Made by a program: the position numbers and the translations under genes. A model generated the notes under the pieces. The model was not told the DNA's origin. It worked only from the letters and a program-made list of their open reading frames with translations, and did no database searches. Positions 1 through 12,540 of a DNA stretch of 64,000 nucleotides are shown here, in pieces. The DNA lies in NCBI GenBank assembly GCA_965644295.1, contig CBFFRP010000133.1:271843-335842 (forward strand), written 5' to 3'. Origin of the DNA: Paraphysomonas bandaiensis (taxonomy: Eukaryota > Protista > Chrysophyceae). The stretch's first letter is position 1, and each line of letters opens with the position of its first letter.

Positions 1-160
1 GAATGATGCTGGAAAAATAGTTCCAACGAGAAAGAGAATTACTATAGTTTTCAAATTTAATCACTACATAACCTAGAGTAGTAAGCAATCCTAACAAGTT
101 ACCATTTCTTTGTTACTATGTATGAATGCTACTTCTCCTGTTGTGAAAGAAATTACATAA

Positions 161-1796
161 TTAATGATCTGGCTTCATATTAACCGCATGTACTCTCGTA
201 GCTTTACCATTAATCAAAGCCTCATATAGAACCGGATTAATTCTCTTAGTCACCCTATATGGTCCTCTTCGAATCTCGGCTGTAATTTCATCGACACCTT
301 TTATTTCTCTTTACCCGACGCTGATGAAAATACTCTCACTGGACATCTGCTCCTAAAGAATAATTCTCTAACCTGGTATTCCGTAAATGGTAAATGTCTA
401 ATCTTACAATCTCTCCTTGCTTCTTCATATCTTATTCCCGCGCATGATTATAAGTACCTCCATTATTCCTTAACCAATTTTCTCTAGTCCTTTGTGTAGA
501 AGCTATCCATGCTCACTGAAACGCTGTTGTAAGTCTTTCTACCCAAGTCTCATCCCCATCCTTCAATCCTTTGTCCTTCTCATACTGATCATCTATGTCA
601 TACATTCCAACTCCTTCTGGTGTTGATGACTCTCTTCCAAAAATCATATAATATGGCGTATACCCTGTAGCATCATTTACTGTGGAGTTATACATCAGTT
701 GCACCGTCGTTAAGAACACATCCCAATCTGATTGTCTAGCATTCACATATAATGGTGTAGTTGATCCTTCAATGTTTGATTCATATTCTTCACTAGTCCA
801 TTAGACCTTTGGTTATGTGGTGTAGTACATACTCGGTGAATCTTGTAAAGTTCAGCTAATTTAGCTCTAGCTGGTTCCTAAACTCTCCCCACTGTCTGAC
901 ACTACCATCTTCGGTACTCCAAAAGCATTATATACATTCTTCACCAGTATCTTTGCAACACTCTCAGCTTCCTTATCCGTAATGGGAATAGCCACACAAA
1001 CTTACTTTTAGAATCATTACACACCAACATATATATTATGCTAATTGCCATTATCCGTTTCAGGAAGATCAATCACCAGATCTACATGTAATCTCTCCAT
1101 CGGTTTTTTCACTTCCGGATACTCCACAGTCGGTACCTTAGGTCTCCTATAGTACGTTTGTCGCAATTCACAAAATATACACGATCTACAATGCGCTCCC
1201 GACTCTTCCTTCATATCCTTCCAATAATAATGTAAGGCCATATAGATAGTATTAACTGCTCTTGTGGTTCCTGTATGCCCAAATCCTTCATGAAACATCT
1301 TATATATATATATACGCCGCCATCTTTCTGGTACCCATCTCTGCCAAATGGTTCTTCCAGCTGGTATCCATCGTCTGTGGATTTCATAGACTTCTTCGCC
1401 CATGTCTCTTTTACTTATCACCAATCCCTTGCCCACTTCCCTCATTTTTTCACCATCTTGCAAATCTTTATCCCAATTACTCAATTGCTCATCGCGAATT
1501 TGTTCCGCTCTCCACTGTATCGGTGTCATAAGCCATTTAACATCATCCTCATGCTCCATATCGTAAAGACCTGTTAACATCAACAATCCCGAAGGTCCAT
1601 GCACATAAAATGGATCATCATCGAACTTATGAGCCTGTCCTGTCACTGCCTTTTCTGTTTCCGAATAAAAAATATTTAGCACTTCTTCATATAATTGTCC
1701 ATTCTCATCATCTATAATCTTTTTACCCACTAAGCACTGTAATTCACAAATAAAATTAAACGTTGTTGCGTTCTTTTTAATCACATTTTGGTTCAT
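161..1796 (-). mobile_element. Degenerate Ty3/Gypsy LTR retrotransposon integrase region
   Basis: ORF 1041-1796 has the H2C2 zinc-binding motif (HEGFGH...YYWKDM...CRSCIFC) and the start of rve (PMERLHVDL). ORF 513-746 has DWDVFL..VQLMYNSTVNDATGYTPYYMIFGRE. A GPY motif (GPYRVTKRINPVLY...HAVNMKP*) ends at ~161. Broken by stops and frameshifts. Confidence 0.85.
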
Positions 1797-2266
1797 TTAT
1801 CCATACCATCCTTAGGTATGATTTTGCACAGAATGACGAGAAAGGGTTTGTCTGGGATCTTATTTGACATTGAGAAAGAATCTTCTTCCAATGTCTCAAA
1901 GTAGCATTCAATATATATTGCTGTAATTTGAGTGCTTCTCGATTACTGTAATTTTTTGTTTCTAATCCGAATAAGAATCTTCTCTTGTAGCTTTTAGTGT
2001 TAAATTGCAATAGCGGAAAGGCTATGCTCTATTTATGTCCTATTACTAGCCGAGCTTCGTCATACATCACTTTGCGTGTATGACAAAGTAGAGTAGTTTC
2101 AAAACCACACCGTGAAAGTGCAAGGCTATTATAAAATTACTAATTTTATCCATGATGCAGATCAATAAAACATGATGTCAGAGGCAGCGAAACAGAAGTT
2201 GCGTCTAGCCAACAAGTATCTTCATAAATACTTGCAAATTTTAAGTATTTCCCAAATTATCAATAT

Positions 2267-2932
2267 CTATGGTTCTATGACATACACATTGACAAGGAGA
2301 TCGAAGTCTTTGGGGTCCTCTTCTTCTAAAATAGACACCATTGTGTTGATGTCATTCTCAGACATACTCATAAAGTTTGACCATACTCTGTTCTGTACCA
2401 TACCTTTCAGAAGGTCCTTGGTTATATTTAAATTTACATTAAACCGGGAAGTTCTCGCTTTCTCATACGTTAAATCGAAATTGCTTAAAAATAGTTCGTT
2501 AAAGTGTTCATGACGAAAGCAGCGAGATTCGTTGGATACACAAAAAAATATCGCCTTGCCATGTGCAGTCAATTTTGACCTAATCAAATTTGATGTCTCC
2601 TCGTAATTTCCAAATAGATGCAAGCAGCATTTCCCAAATATCAGGTCATACTTATCGGGGGTCTCATGGAGATACTCCACTGCATATTTCTGCACAACAT
2701 TCCCACCCTCAAAAAACGGATCCACGCTAACTAAATGAGGTAAATTCAATGCCCTTCCAAATGATCCATCCCCACAACCGAGTTCACATGCAGATCGTAC
2801 AGGGTCTGGTGAGTTATCGCGTATATACTGCTGACACGCACGTACGAATGTGGGATGACGTAATATGCCATACGTCTCGAAATAAGAGTTCCAATCCTCC
2901 CCATTAGTTGGTTGAGAAGAAGTGGTTGACAT
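2267..2932 (-). CDS. Class I SAM-dependent methyltransferase, single exon
   Basis: 221-aa ORF with motif I ACELGCGDG, acidic post-beta2 VSVDP and motif II KYDLIF..CCLH. Confidence 0.8.
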   Translation of the reverse strand: MSTTSSQPTNGEDWNSYFETYGILRHPTFVRACQQYIRDNSPDPVRSACELGCGDGSFGRALNLPHLVSVDPFFEGGNVVQKYAVEYLHETPDKYDLIFGKCCLHLFGNYEETSNLIRSKLTAHGKAIFFCVSNESRCFRHEHFNELFLSNFDLTYEKARTSRFNVNLNITKDLLKGMVQNRVWSNFMSMSENDINTMVSILEEEDPKDFDLLVNVYVIEP

Positions 2933-3402
2933 CAGAGCAAAGGTAGGGTGAGGTCGGTGCCAGTGGTGTTTACACGCAGTTCCTGTAAGTACGAAGTCAT
3001 GTATGTACAGCTAGCTGCAGTGTATCATCATGTCATCTCTATCTAGAGGGGTTTACGGGTGCACACTATTATGCGTTTTTTATCTATAAAAACTAGTTTT
3101 TTTCTGATATTGGACCTATATTTCCTGGTTTTAGTTGAACTCGAATAATTCTGGAATATTATGAACCTGCTGTCCGTATGTGTACGCAAGTGCAGCGATT
3201 GCACTGGACTCTTACGACCTCCTCCAGTACCCTGCAATCTCCCTTCGCTCATATCTGCCCCCAGCATGTGGATAGATATCACCCCATTAGTCGTTGTAGG
3301 CAGCTTGATATATCACTTGCTCAGTCTTAGCTACCCCCCCCCTCATCATCCATCTCTCGTCTCCGTGCCTTCTTCATGTAGCCTGCTCTCTGTACCCCAG
3401 AC

Positions 3403-4440
3403 ATGAACTCCCATAACGTCTATCTGTGCTGGTTGATCCCGTGTATCTTATCGTTCATCTCCTCTTTTGCTCTCATATGCAATGTCCTTCTCACTCCCGG
3501 ATGCAGAGGGCAATATTTCCAGCAAGTGTCTGCGCTGTTAGCTCTCGCAGATATGATTCAAACAAGTGCCAGCTTTCCCGGTAATTATGGTAAGCCCGAG
3601 TCTCCCTATCTGCTCTGCTGCATAGAGAATTATATGCTTCAAATAGGAGTTATTTACAAACTGTCTATTGTGGTGGTTATGTGTGCTGTGTCCATGTTTA
3701 TTATTCTTGAACTTCGGATCCCGGACAAGAAGGGGACTTATCTCATGTCGAGTTTAGCTTTCGCGACGATACTGTTGAGTATATCTGTCTATTTTCAAAC
3801 CGCGAATGTATATTGTCATAATGAGGAGTTCCATTATTCGGATGCGTCAAAGAAAGAGCGCATGTCAGCACTGATATTGTACTGTCTAGTATTTTTCCCA
3901 TTGTACATTTCGATCACAGCATTAGGCATCTTCTGCATCGTAATGGATCGGAAATTCTCTCAAATGACTGCAACCTTAACTCCTGGAATGAGATCTCTAC
4001 TACTTCGCTTCAAACTGTTTCCTATCTTATTTGTTTTGTGTTTCTTTCCTGGTACACTCGAACTTATTCTCTTCTCTGTGGCCAACAAGCGTTATATTGC
4101 CATACACATGCTGTCAGGAGTAAGTGTTTCGATAAATGGATTTACCATTGCAGTGTCTTATTTTTACTACCAGAGATCATACCCAGGAATCATTACTTCA
4201 TTTTTTAAATGTACCAGCTCATTATCGACACATTTAAGTGCCAGGTCCTCTGTGCTTTCGCCCTCAATGGGTTGCGATTCCGATATTCACTCGTCATTTG
4301 CAGATGGTGTCAACAGTCATGTGTTAGATACCAATATTTCTGGTGATGAGTTTTTATCTGAAGATACACCAGTAGATCACACAGTATACTCTCCTTATTT
4401 AATGAAATTTAGTGACGGAAGTAAGGGCTCATTCAATTAG
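3403..4440 (+). CDS. 7TM GPCR-like protein (cAMP receptor/GCR1-like), single exon
   Basis: 345 aa, seven hydrophobic segments, TM2 LALADM, Cys at top of TM3, TM6 FPILFVLCFFP, TM7 NGF, Ser-rich C-terminal tail. Confidence 0.7.
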   Translation: MNSHNVYLCWLIPCILSFISSFALICNVLLTPGCRGQYFQQVSALLALADMIQTSASFPGNYGKPESPYLLCCIENYMLQIGVIYKLSIVVVMCAVSMFIILELRIPDKKGTYLMSSLAFATILLSISVYFQTANVYCHNEEFHYSDASKKERMSALILYCLVFFPLYISITALGIFCIVMDRKFSQMTATLTPGMRSLLLRFKLFPILFVLCFFPGTLELILFSVANKRYIAIHMLSGVSVSINGFTIAVSYFYYQRSYPGIITSFFKCTSSLSTHLSARSSVLSPSMGCDSDIHSSFADGVNSHVLDTNISGDEFLSEDTPVDHTVYSPYLMKFSDGSKGSFN

Positions 4441-4955
4441 TTCACCGGGTATTGATTTTCGACTCAAGACAGCAACTTGAATGCCAGAATGAGTCATCAA
4501 TGTATCATTGTTGTTTGTGTGTAATATGTGGTATTTAGATACCATATTTAGCTTATTATACAATTGTGGAAGATTTTAATAATGCTAATATGATAGATAT
4601 TGATAATCATCCTAACAGGGGTACTTTTTCTTTTGCATAGATAAAAATATGCTTAATTATCGTTACTTACGACAACTATTGTTAAATTCTGAATTACATT
4701 GGATTAAGGATTAATGATATGTGCGTGGTAATATGCAATTGTGTTCCTAATTCGAAATATGTATTAATTAGATTTATTTACCAAGGCGAGCCCAAAACAG
4801 ATATATACGAGTTACTAGAGGAATGTGGATTGTGGTCGAAGTAATTCTCAGTAAATTCGATAATCAGTTAGAAAAAAAAATTCATCTAAACTAACTACGC
4901 TTTTGAACGCAGAATTTATATCAATCACGACATGAGTATGAGCCCTACACACGAA

Positions 4956-6050
4956 ACAAAGTCGGACTCGGACTTTTTTGTGGTGTTTTGGGGGATTAGT
5001 ACCGGAGAAATTTCTCCGGGATATTAACGTGTGCCTCATATATTGTCAGTGTGTTAGCATTGGACATTTCACTGAAGTTATCTTTGCTCTACACGTAAAC
5101 GTTAATCTTGCTTGTTGAACACAATGCACTTTCAAGTAAGAAAGTAAAATTGTTAATCTAGCCACTTCACAACATCTGCATGTAACATCTGGTGAAACAT
5201 CTGTTCTTAGCAACATCGGTTTATCATATGTTCACCAGTCACTCCTATATCTTATATAGTCACACATCAGTAACTGAATTTAATTCCTTGGTAACTATAA
5301 TCACCGGTTACACGTACGAGTTGACTTCACCTATTGCACACTATCAACTCACTTCAATTGCACAATATATACCACATCATATTGCAGAACTCAACAGTTA
5401 GCAGATTATTTTCTGCACAATCATAGCCAAATGCTTGTGTGGTACAAGGGACACTAATATACGTGTGACATGTGTAGAAGTCTTTGGGCCCTGACAAATG
5501 TGAAGCAACCGAGCTGTTCACGTTAAAAACTCAAAAATTCTGAAGTCATCAGATGCCCGGTATATCTGTTGAGATCTGAAGATTCTATATACTTGCAATG
5601 GAGTGCAGTATTATGTGAGATGCAAGGATCGAAAGATATATATGTAATTAGTACATTATATTGTGTAGTATGAAACTGAAGTAGAAGTTGATGACTATAC
5701 AGGACACGATCACTGAGTGTGTGGTTTGTACACTATAGTAGTAAATGAATGGTGTTGAACACATCGAATACAACTTAGGTTCTTTATCATGTAATGATTA
5801 TAATTTCATCTTATCAATTGAAGATAGCAAACCTTAGCAAATAATGTAAACTTCTGTTAATATCAACATTCTGCTTGTTGCTCACCGCGTTTTTGCTTTG
5901 AGTGATAGAGCAAAAGCTGTTGGACCTTGGTGCTTGCGGTGACGCACAAGCAGCTTAGTAGTAGGATAATTGAGTTTGTACTAGTTAGCAAAATAATTAC
6001 TAAATTAGTTCTGAATCTTACATGCTCATTGTTAATAACAAGACATTTAC
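4956..6050 (+). repeat. Dispersed repeat R1, copy A (interrupted by a solo LTR and a second insertion at ~5045-5396)
   Basis: Shares CAAAGTCGGACTC...GGGGATTAGTACCGG, CAAATGCTTGTGTG and GCTTTGAGTGATAGAGC...GACGCACAAGCAGC with copies at 12541, 24622(-), 33270 and 49355. Confidence 0.85.
5567..5859 (+). mobile_element. Solo LTR (293 bp) of the Copia element at 60961
   Basis: Near-identical to 60961-61253; flanked by 5-bp TSD ATATC (5562-5566 and 5860-5864); the empty site is seen in R1 copy C (~12812-12830). Confidence 0.92.
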
Positions 6051-6238
6051 TTCTGCAGTATACGATAGCGTGATTACTGTACAGTTACTATTGATGAATT
6101 GTCACTAAGCCCTACTGTACATTAAAACTCCAAATTAACTTAGAAGTACGTACTAACTTAAAATTAAAAAATAACACTGTGCTAAACCATAATCTGTTTC
6201 ACAGTGTAATGTATATTCTACGATACATCAATGCTGTA

Positions 6239-8671
6239 TCACGACATTGAGATTATGATAAAAACAACAGCTGTAAGTGCCAAAAGTCCGACCACGAGAT
6301 GGTAAAAAGCTATCTTTAGGTCGCGATTAGGATCTTTGGATGCGGAGTTGTTGCGCTCCAAGTGCAGCGCGACTACATGGCCTCTTGTTCCCGCATTGAT
6401 ATGTTCACACTCGAGCTTCAATGTGCCCCATATACAACGCCTGCACAGCTCAAAAGTTGCTAAGAAGGGGCCCAATTGATCTCCCAAGGAATAGGAAAAC
6501 GGAGATCCCGATGTACCCTGTCGATATGCAATAAAACAACAAACAAGTACACGCGGCAATTAACACGCAAGTACGACTGACTAGCAAGACGAGTGCTGTC
6601 CACATCTATGCATTTTACAGTAACGCAATAATTAAAATAAGCCTACCTGCGGTATAAGGGAGAGTGTCCACATTGCTCTCAGTACCAAGTCCAGCACAAT
6701 GGCAACATAGTAATACACAGTACTTTTCTTGTACATCAGGTTTCGTCGTAGGAACACATGACTACCCAACTTACTCCAGTTGAGTGTAAATAAATCACTC
6801 CAGGTGGGCATAATTTGCATCAACCCCCAATCATTATATACATCCCAGTAAAACTGGTACAGAGTCGTGCAAACTAAAAATATAATAAACACAACCTTGT
6901 ATATAATCAGACCCGCAGTGGACGCATGCTCCTGCAACGGGTGGGCGAGACCTAAAAATACAACTATCATACCCATTAAGTACTTCAGGGCATTGTAGGA
7001 ATGCGGCCAAACTATGTATTTCATTTCAGCTGTCTTGAGAGACGTGTCATACACACGCCTCAGACACTGAGCAAACCGAAACCAGAGAGGAAGAATAGCA
7101 AGAAGCCCTGTAATTACGGACATATACCCTCGGTCACAAGTCCCAAAGGTGTGTAATGAGCTCGATTCATCGTCATACGCACCGCTAATAATATAGCACG
7201 CAGCGAATGCGCAGTTACTAAACACCTTAATACAGGATGTCATCACATCTGCAGTGTAATTTTCACGCAAAGTTACAGAACTGAAGGGTGATGTAATGAT
7301 GCGAAATATGACGGATGGTGAATACAAGCGATGAGAAGCATGATGCCTCTGCTGCACAGCATGCACCACGCCGTACAATATATACATTAATGCCAACCCC
7401 AACGGGAAATAGTGCGGGGCAACGCTCGTGTATAAATGATTTCTGCGCGCTTTATAATATAATATTAAATTCGCCAAATATATCATGCTTATATATGATG
7501 CTTCAGTAAATATTTCATGAGGACTTGGGGAATGGTCGGAATTCAAATCCAAAAGCACCAAGTAGTTCACATGGGACCGTTCCCACAAATATACGTTAAT
7601 GCCCCACAGCCAATCATATACAACTAAATTGCCCAGGAATGAGTATAAGTATATCGCAGGGTCATTCCAGAGAGTTCGACCTTCACCAGGGTCCATGTAT
7701 GCATCCCATACGAACCACAGGAGCAGAAGTGTAACGACTCCAATCTTGTATCCCAAATACCAAGAATCATGCTCCGTATGACCGCCTTTAGACATTCGGA
7801 GCTTCCCCTTCGCCTCAACAAGATCTCCATCACAACAAAAGTCCGCACATAGAGCAATTGTTCGCTTGCGTACAATGTGCAACCGCGTGTTACTCTCCTG
7901 CACACACTCCCCAAAAGATGCAGGATAGACAGCAGAGTCCATTAGATTCGGAAAAAGGGGCTCAATATGATCAGCTCTAAGCTTGTCGTGTTTTTTTAGG
8001 ATTTTAATACAAAGCATCACATTTAAAAAGGCAAATGACTCCAATTCATCTAACTTTTTATAGATGGATATATACGCACGCAACACAGACAATTCGCGGT
8101 CTTTCTTCTGTTTTCGAATAGCTTTGGAGAGGCCATCATTCGTTTCCATTGAAGAAAAAACGCCTTGCTCATTGGCCTTTTCTAATGATGCTGATAGTTG
8201 CTGCTCAAGATCGTCCAGTTTTTTATCATAGAAACTAGCCACACGTTTAACTTCGGCCAAAAACATAACTACGAATTTCGATTCCTCCCATCGTTTGGCT
8301 TTTTCTTTACGAGTTCCAGGATTATAAACATCTCTTTGCTTCTTGCTTTGGTCATCAAGTAGGTCCCCATTATTCTCCATGTCATCACTATCAGATTTTT
8401 CCCTTCCTTGTTTTTTGTGTCTGATTGCAGATCGAATGGTGCCCATAACATGCGCTGTGCTCTCTCCTGACACCGACAGGAAGTGATGCACCACTTCCCT
8501 ATAGCTGCATGTAAACACAAGAACAAATTAATTGTTTCACTTCACGTACTTGGGCTTATCGAAATCATAGTGCTCGTGCTGGAGGTAGCTCTTTAAAGTG
8601 TCGTACTCGAGGTAGCGAGCTGACCATTTTCTGATTAAATGAGCCTTAAAATTCTTGTCTAGTCGAACCAT
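6239..8671 (-). CDS. SPX-EXS domain phosphate exporter (PHO1/XPR1/SYG1 family)
   Basis: Exon 1 MVRLDKNFKAHLIRKWSARYLEYDTLK (SPX start), 45-nt intron 8549-8505, SPX motif FAFLN..IKILKKHDK, EXS motifs ADVMTS, PLWFRFAQCLRR, HSYNALKY, YQFYWDVYNDWGL, and ELCRRCIWGTLKLECEHI in the last exon. Confidence 0.93.
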
Positions 8672-8767
8672 ACCAGTGCAGGAGGAGAGTGAAGGCGAAT
8701 GGTTCCCTATATATACGACCTAAACCGATCACAGTAACTTAACTGACTGCTTGATTTCATGACTGTG

Positions 8768-8916
8768 TGGTACATGGACTGGTACATAGACAGGTACATA
8801 GACTGGTACATAGACTGGTACATAGACAGGTACATAGACAGGTACATGGACTGGTACATGGACTGGTAGACAGGTACATAGACAGGTACATGGTACATAG
8901 GCTGGTACATAGGCTG
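8768..8916. repeat. 12-bp tandem repeat (GGTACATRGACW-like, ~12 units) in a divergent promoter
   Basis: Directly visible ggtacatagaca / ggtacatggact units. Confidence 0.95.
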
Positions 8917-9287
8917 CTAGAGGGTGCAGTGTACCAGTGCAGACATAGTTTTCGTACCTGCGTACAAAAATTGTTGTACGCAAGTACATCCATGTACTGG
9001 TGTACTCAAGTATTCACATACTTCAGGAGTACAACTGGCTGTTTTTTTGAATTCGTACATGGACATGTTTATTGTGTCTTCTTGGGCATATCTATACATT
9101 CTTCATGTCAAAAACTCCTAATTTTAAAGAAAACTAGCTGAATATCAGATTTTCTATGTACTATCGGCTATAAATACACTACTTGGGGAGGATTTGCGAC
9201 AAGACCGCCCAGAAACTAACACCACGTGAATAGAACCAAGTTATGAAGCCCCCAGCAGTATATACTTCTGATAGCAGATGACATAAC

Positions 9288-12051
9288 ATGGATATTGACA
9301 ATAAGTCACAAGTAGAGAATGATATGAACAAAATACCCATGTCAGACACACCCACTGATGTGATTAGTTTGTTCTCGTCTCACTCGGAAGTGTTCAGTGA
9401 AGGGGAGTGCAGGGCGACTCATACGAATACATGGTAACATAACTGCACACTATACATGCGTTTGTTTATCTTATATAGCCACAGTCCCTCTGCTGGTGGG
9501 AGTGATGTATCGCCCCTCTTGTCTCAGTCCTCTACTCAGGAGGAGACTCAGTCCTCTACTCAGAAGTGGTCTCAGGAGTTGATCGAAGACGGCGTGATTA
9601 TCGATTCGCTGCTGCTGTTGGCCCGCTCTGGTGAACGTGCCAGAAATGACAGTAAAGCTGTCGGGGCGACACCAGTCAGAGAGGATAACCGCCCAAAAAA
9701 GTTACCGAGGGTAGATGAAGGATTGTTTCGGAGAGACTATAAATATGACAGTGGACATTATGTTATGAAGCAGATGTTACCTCCAGACGTACGAAGTAAG
9801 AATTATTCTGGAAGTGAGTTTAGAACTCGGAATAAAGTGATGTCAAGTAAATTACCATCCGAATCTCTGCCGCCCTCGGAGGGGAGGTGTGAGGCTAGTG
9901 AGGTAATAAAGAAGGCATACATTGGATCGACTCTGCGTATAGAGCTCCCGGATATATGGTAATATATTACTAAATAAACTTTAAATACTCTAAGTGATGT
10001 GAACCATAGGTCCGTTCGTTCCCCATCGAATATATCATTGAACACAATTCATGGCAATTATAAGGTGGATGCGGTAAGTGTAATGAGGACTCTCTCTCAC
10101 TATGATATGTTTATCGTCTTCATAATTAGGAATATATTGATGTCGAATTTTTGCCGAATGATGTTGCTGGGATTCGTCTGCATATCGCTAACTCCAGGAA
10201 TAATGAATCATTGATTGGAGAAGAATTCGCTGTATCAATCATCAATTCGAAACATATCGATCCTGTCATACGTCGTCTAGTGGATCGGAAAATTGTTATT
10301 GAAAACTTGGATTGTAATGAGGAAACACAGTACGTAAAAGCCCCCGCTCCTCGTAATTACAAGGAATTTATATTCAGTATTCGAGATACGGATAATTCAA
10401 TTGTTGAAAATATCGAAGACGACGCTAATATTGAGATAATGCTATTGTTGGCCAACTCAGATGAACCTGTCATAAAGGACGGCAAAGCCGTCAAGGTGAC
10501 CCTAGTCGGAGAGGATAACTATCCAAAAAGGATTGATAAAAGGAAAATTGAAGGGTTTTTTCTGAGAGAGTTTGCAAGTGGTAATGGTCGTTATGTTGTG
10601 AAACAAAAGTTATCCCCTAATGTTCTGAGTAAGAACTATTCTGGAAGTGAGTTTAAAACTCGGATCAAAGTTACTGCTGGGAGTAAGGTGCTAACTGCTT
10701 ATTCTGGTTCTTACATGGTTAAGTCGAGGGCCGAGCCCTCTGGCGTTGGTGATAAAAAGAAGAGGCTAATATGTCAATTTATGAAGGAGTTTAGAGACTG
10801 TCTCACTAAACTAGAAGTTTTGGATGGAACTGATGTTGCGAATTACGAAATGATATTCGCTAATATTAGACATGGGCTTTTGAAGCTCAAGGCACCTAGT
10901 TCATGGACTTCCTTAACACTTAGTAAGCCCTTCCTAAAGAACAACATTAGCGACAACAAATTGATGACAAGTAAATTACCATCCGAATCTCTGCCGCCCT
11001 CGGAGGGGAGGTGTGAGGCTAGTGAGGTAATAAAGAAGGCATACATTGGATCGACTCTGCGTATAGAGCTCCCGAATATATGGTAATATATTACTAAATA
11101 AACTTTAAATACTCTAAGTGATGTGAACCATAGGTCCGTTCGTTCCCCATCGAATATATCATTGAACACAATTCATGGCAATTATAAGGTGGATGCGGTA
11201 AGTGTAATGAGGACTCTCTCTCACTGTGATATGTTTATCGTCTTCATAATTAGGAATATATTGATGTCGAATTTTTGCCGAATGATGTTGCTGGGATTCG
11301 TCTGCATATCGCTAATTCCAGGAATAATGAATCATTGATTGGAGAAGAATTCGCTGTATCAATCATCAATTCGAAACATATCGATCCTGTCATACGTCGT
11401 CTAGTGGATCGGAAAATTGCTATTGAAAACTTGGATTGTAATGAGGAAACACAATACGTAAAAGCCCCCGCTCCTCGTAATTACAAGGAATTTATATTCA
11501 GTATTCGAGATACGGATAATTCAATTGTTGAAAATATCGAAGACGACGCTAATATTGAGATAATGCTATTGTTGGCCAACTCAGATGAACCTGTCATAAA
11601 GGACGGCAAAGCCGTCAAGGTGACCCTAGTCGGAGAGGATAACTATCCTAAAAGGAGTCCCAGAGTAGACGAAGGGGTCTTACTGCGATACTTTAAAAGT
11701 AGCAGTGGTCGTTATGTTGTGAAACAAAAGTTACCTCCGGATGTTCTGAGTAAGAACTATTCTGGAAGTGAGTTTAAAACTCGGATCAAAGTTACTGCTG
11801 GGAGTAAGGTGCTAACTGCTTATTCTGGTTCTTACATGGTTAAGTCGAGGGCCGAGCCCTCTGGCGTTGGTGATAAAAAGAAGAGGCTAATATGTCAATT
11901 TACGAAGGAGTATAAACATCTAATTGAAAACCTAGATATTTGTAGCAGTGCCAGTGTCGAGGATTATGCTGAGATTTTGGCAGATTTTCATAAGAATGTG
12001 TTGCTGGAAATTTCAACTTCTGCGTACAATCTCAATAATCAATTGCACTGA
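9288..12051 (+). CDS. Internally repeated protein with ~2.5 copies of a beta-rich, putative Ig-fold (CudA/CBP60/p53-like) domain; predicted exons 9288-9433, 9479-9958, 10010-10073, 10130-11082, 11134-11197, 11254-12051
   Basis: All five introns are GT-AG and join ORFs 9456, 10151 and 11275 into one frame. The domain call rests only on motif resemblance (LSKNYSGSEFKTRIKV...YSGSYMVKSR). Confidence 0.65.
9845..11901 (+). repeat. Tandem duplication with 1124-bp period, including both introns
   Basis: 9845-10780 is near-identical to 10969-11901 apart from one short divergent patch; an older partial copy lies at ~9580-9838. Confidence 0.95.
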
Positions 12052-12214
12052 AGATGAATGTACTTAATGTATGAATTTAATATGATTTCTCTTTTGTTTC
12101 ATTATAACCGTGTGTTCGAAATAGAAGTATCATTTCCACAGACCTAGGAAGCATATATATTATAGATCCCGCATGTTGATCAGGGCTGCGCAACAATTAA
12201 TTGCAGATATATTA

Positions 12215-12449
12215 TTGAAAGACTTATTATTAGCAATAGGTGTTAAGAATCAGCACCAGCTTAGTAGCTAGATGAAAACTAGTTAAGCTAGATAGACGTC
12301 TACATGTTACTAACTAGTGCTAACTCTGATGTCCTACTATTTAACGCTACGAAAACTACTTGTGCGTCACCGCAAGCACCCAGGTGCAACTACTTTTGCT
12401 CTATCACTCAAAGCAACAAGCAGAATGTTGATATACCTGATATCTGCTG
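12215..12449 (-). repeat. Dispersed repeat R1, copy B (3-prime part, inverted relative to copy C)
   Basis: 12311-12440 is the approximate reverse complement of 12810-12955. Confidence 0.85.
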
Positions 12450-12540
12450 AAATGTTGATAGATATAGTGTCGCATAAAACGTGAGCATAGAAGGTATATA
12501 TTATTATAATAGGACTTACGTATAAAAGGCAGTCACTTAT

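Noticed and set aside
1-1796. Polinton/virophage integrase
   Set aside because: No pPolB, ATPase or capsid genes nearby; the GPY motif and layout fit Gypsy
5151-5396. Second solo LTR (TGTTGAG...TTAACA on the minus strand) inside R1 copy A
   Set aside because: No matching TSD and no second copy in the window
8768-8916. CRISPR-like array
   Set aside because: Contiguous 12-bp units with no unique spacers, eukaryotic context, no cas genes
8707-9141. Overlapping ORFs with periodic peptides (MYQSMYLS, VPVYVPVY, CTSLCTCL)
   Set aside because: Translation artefacts of the 12-bp tandem repeat
10500-11750. Diversity-generating retroelement template/variable repeat pair
   Set aside because: Differences are not adenine-specific, include an indel, and there is no adjacent DGR reverse transcriptase
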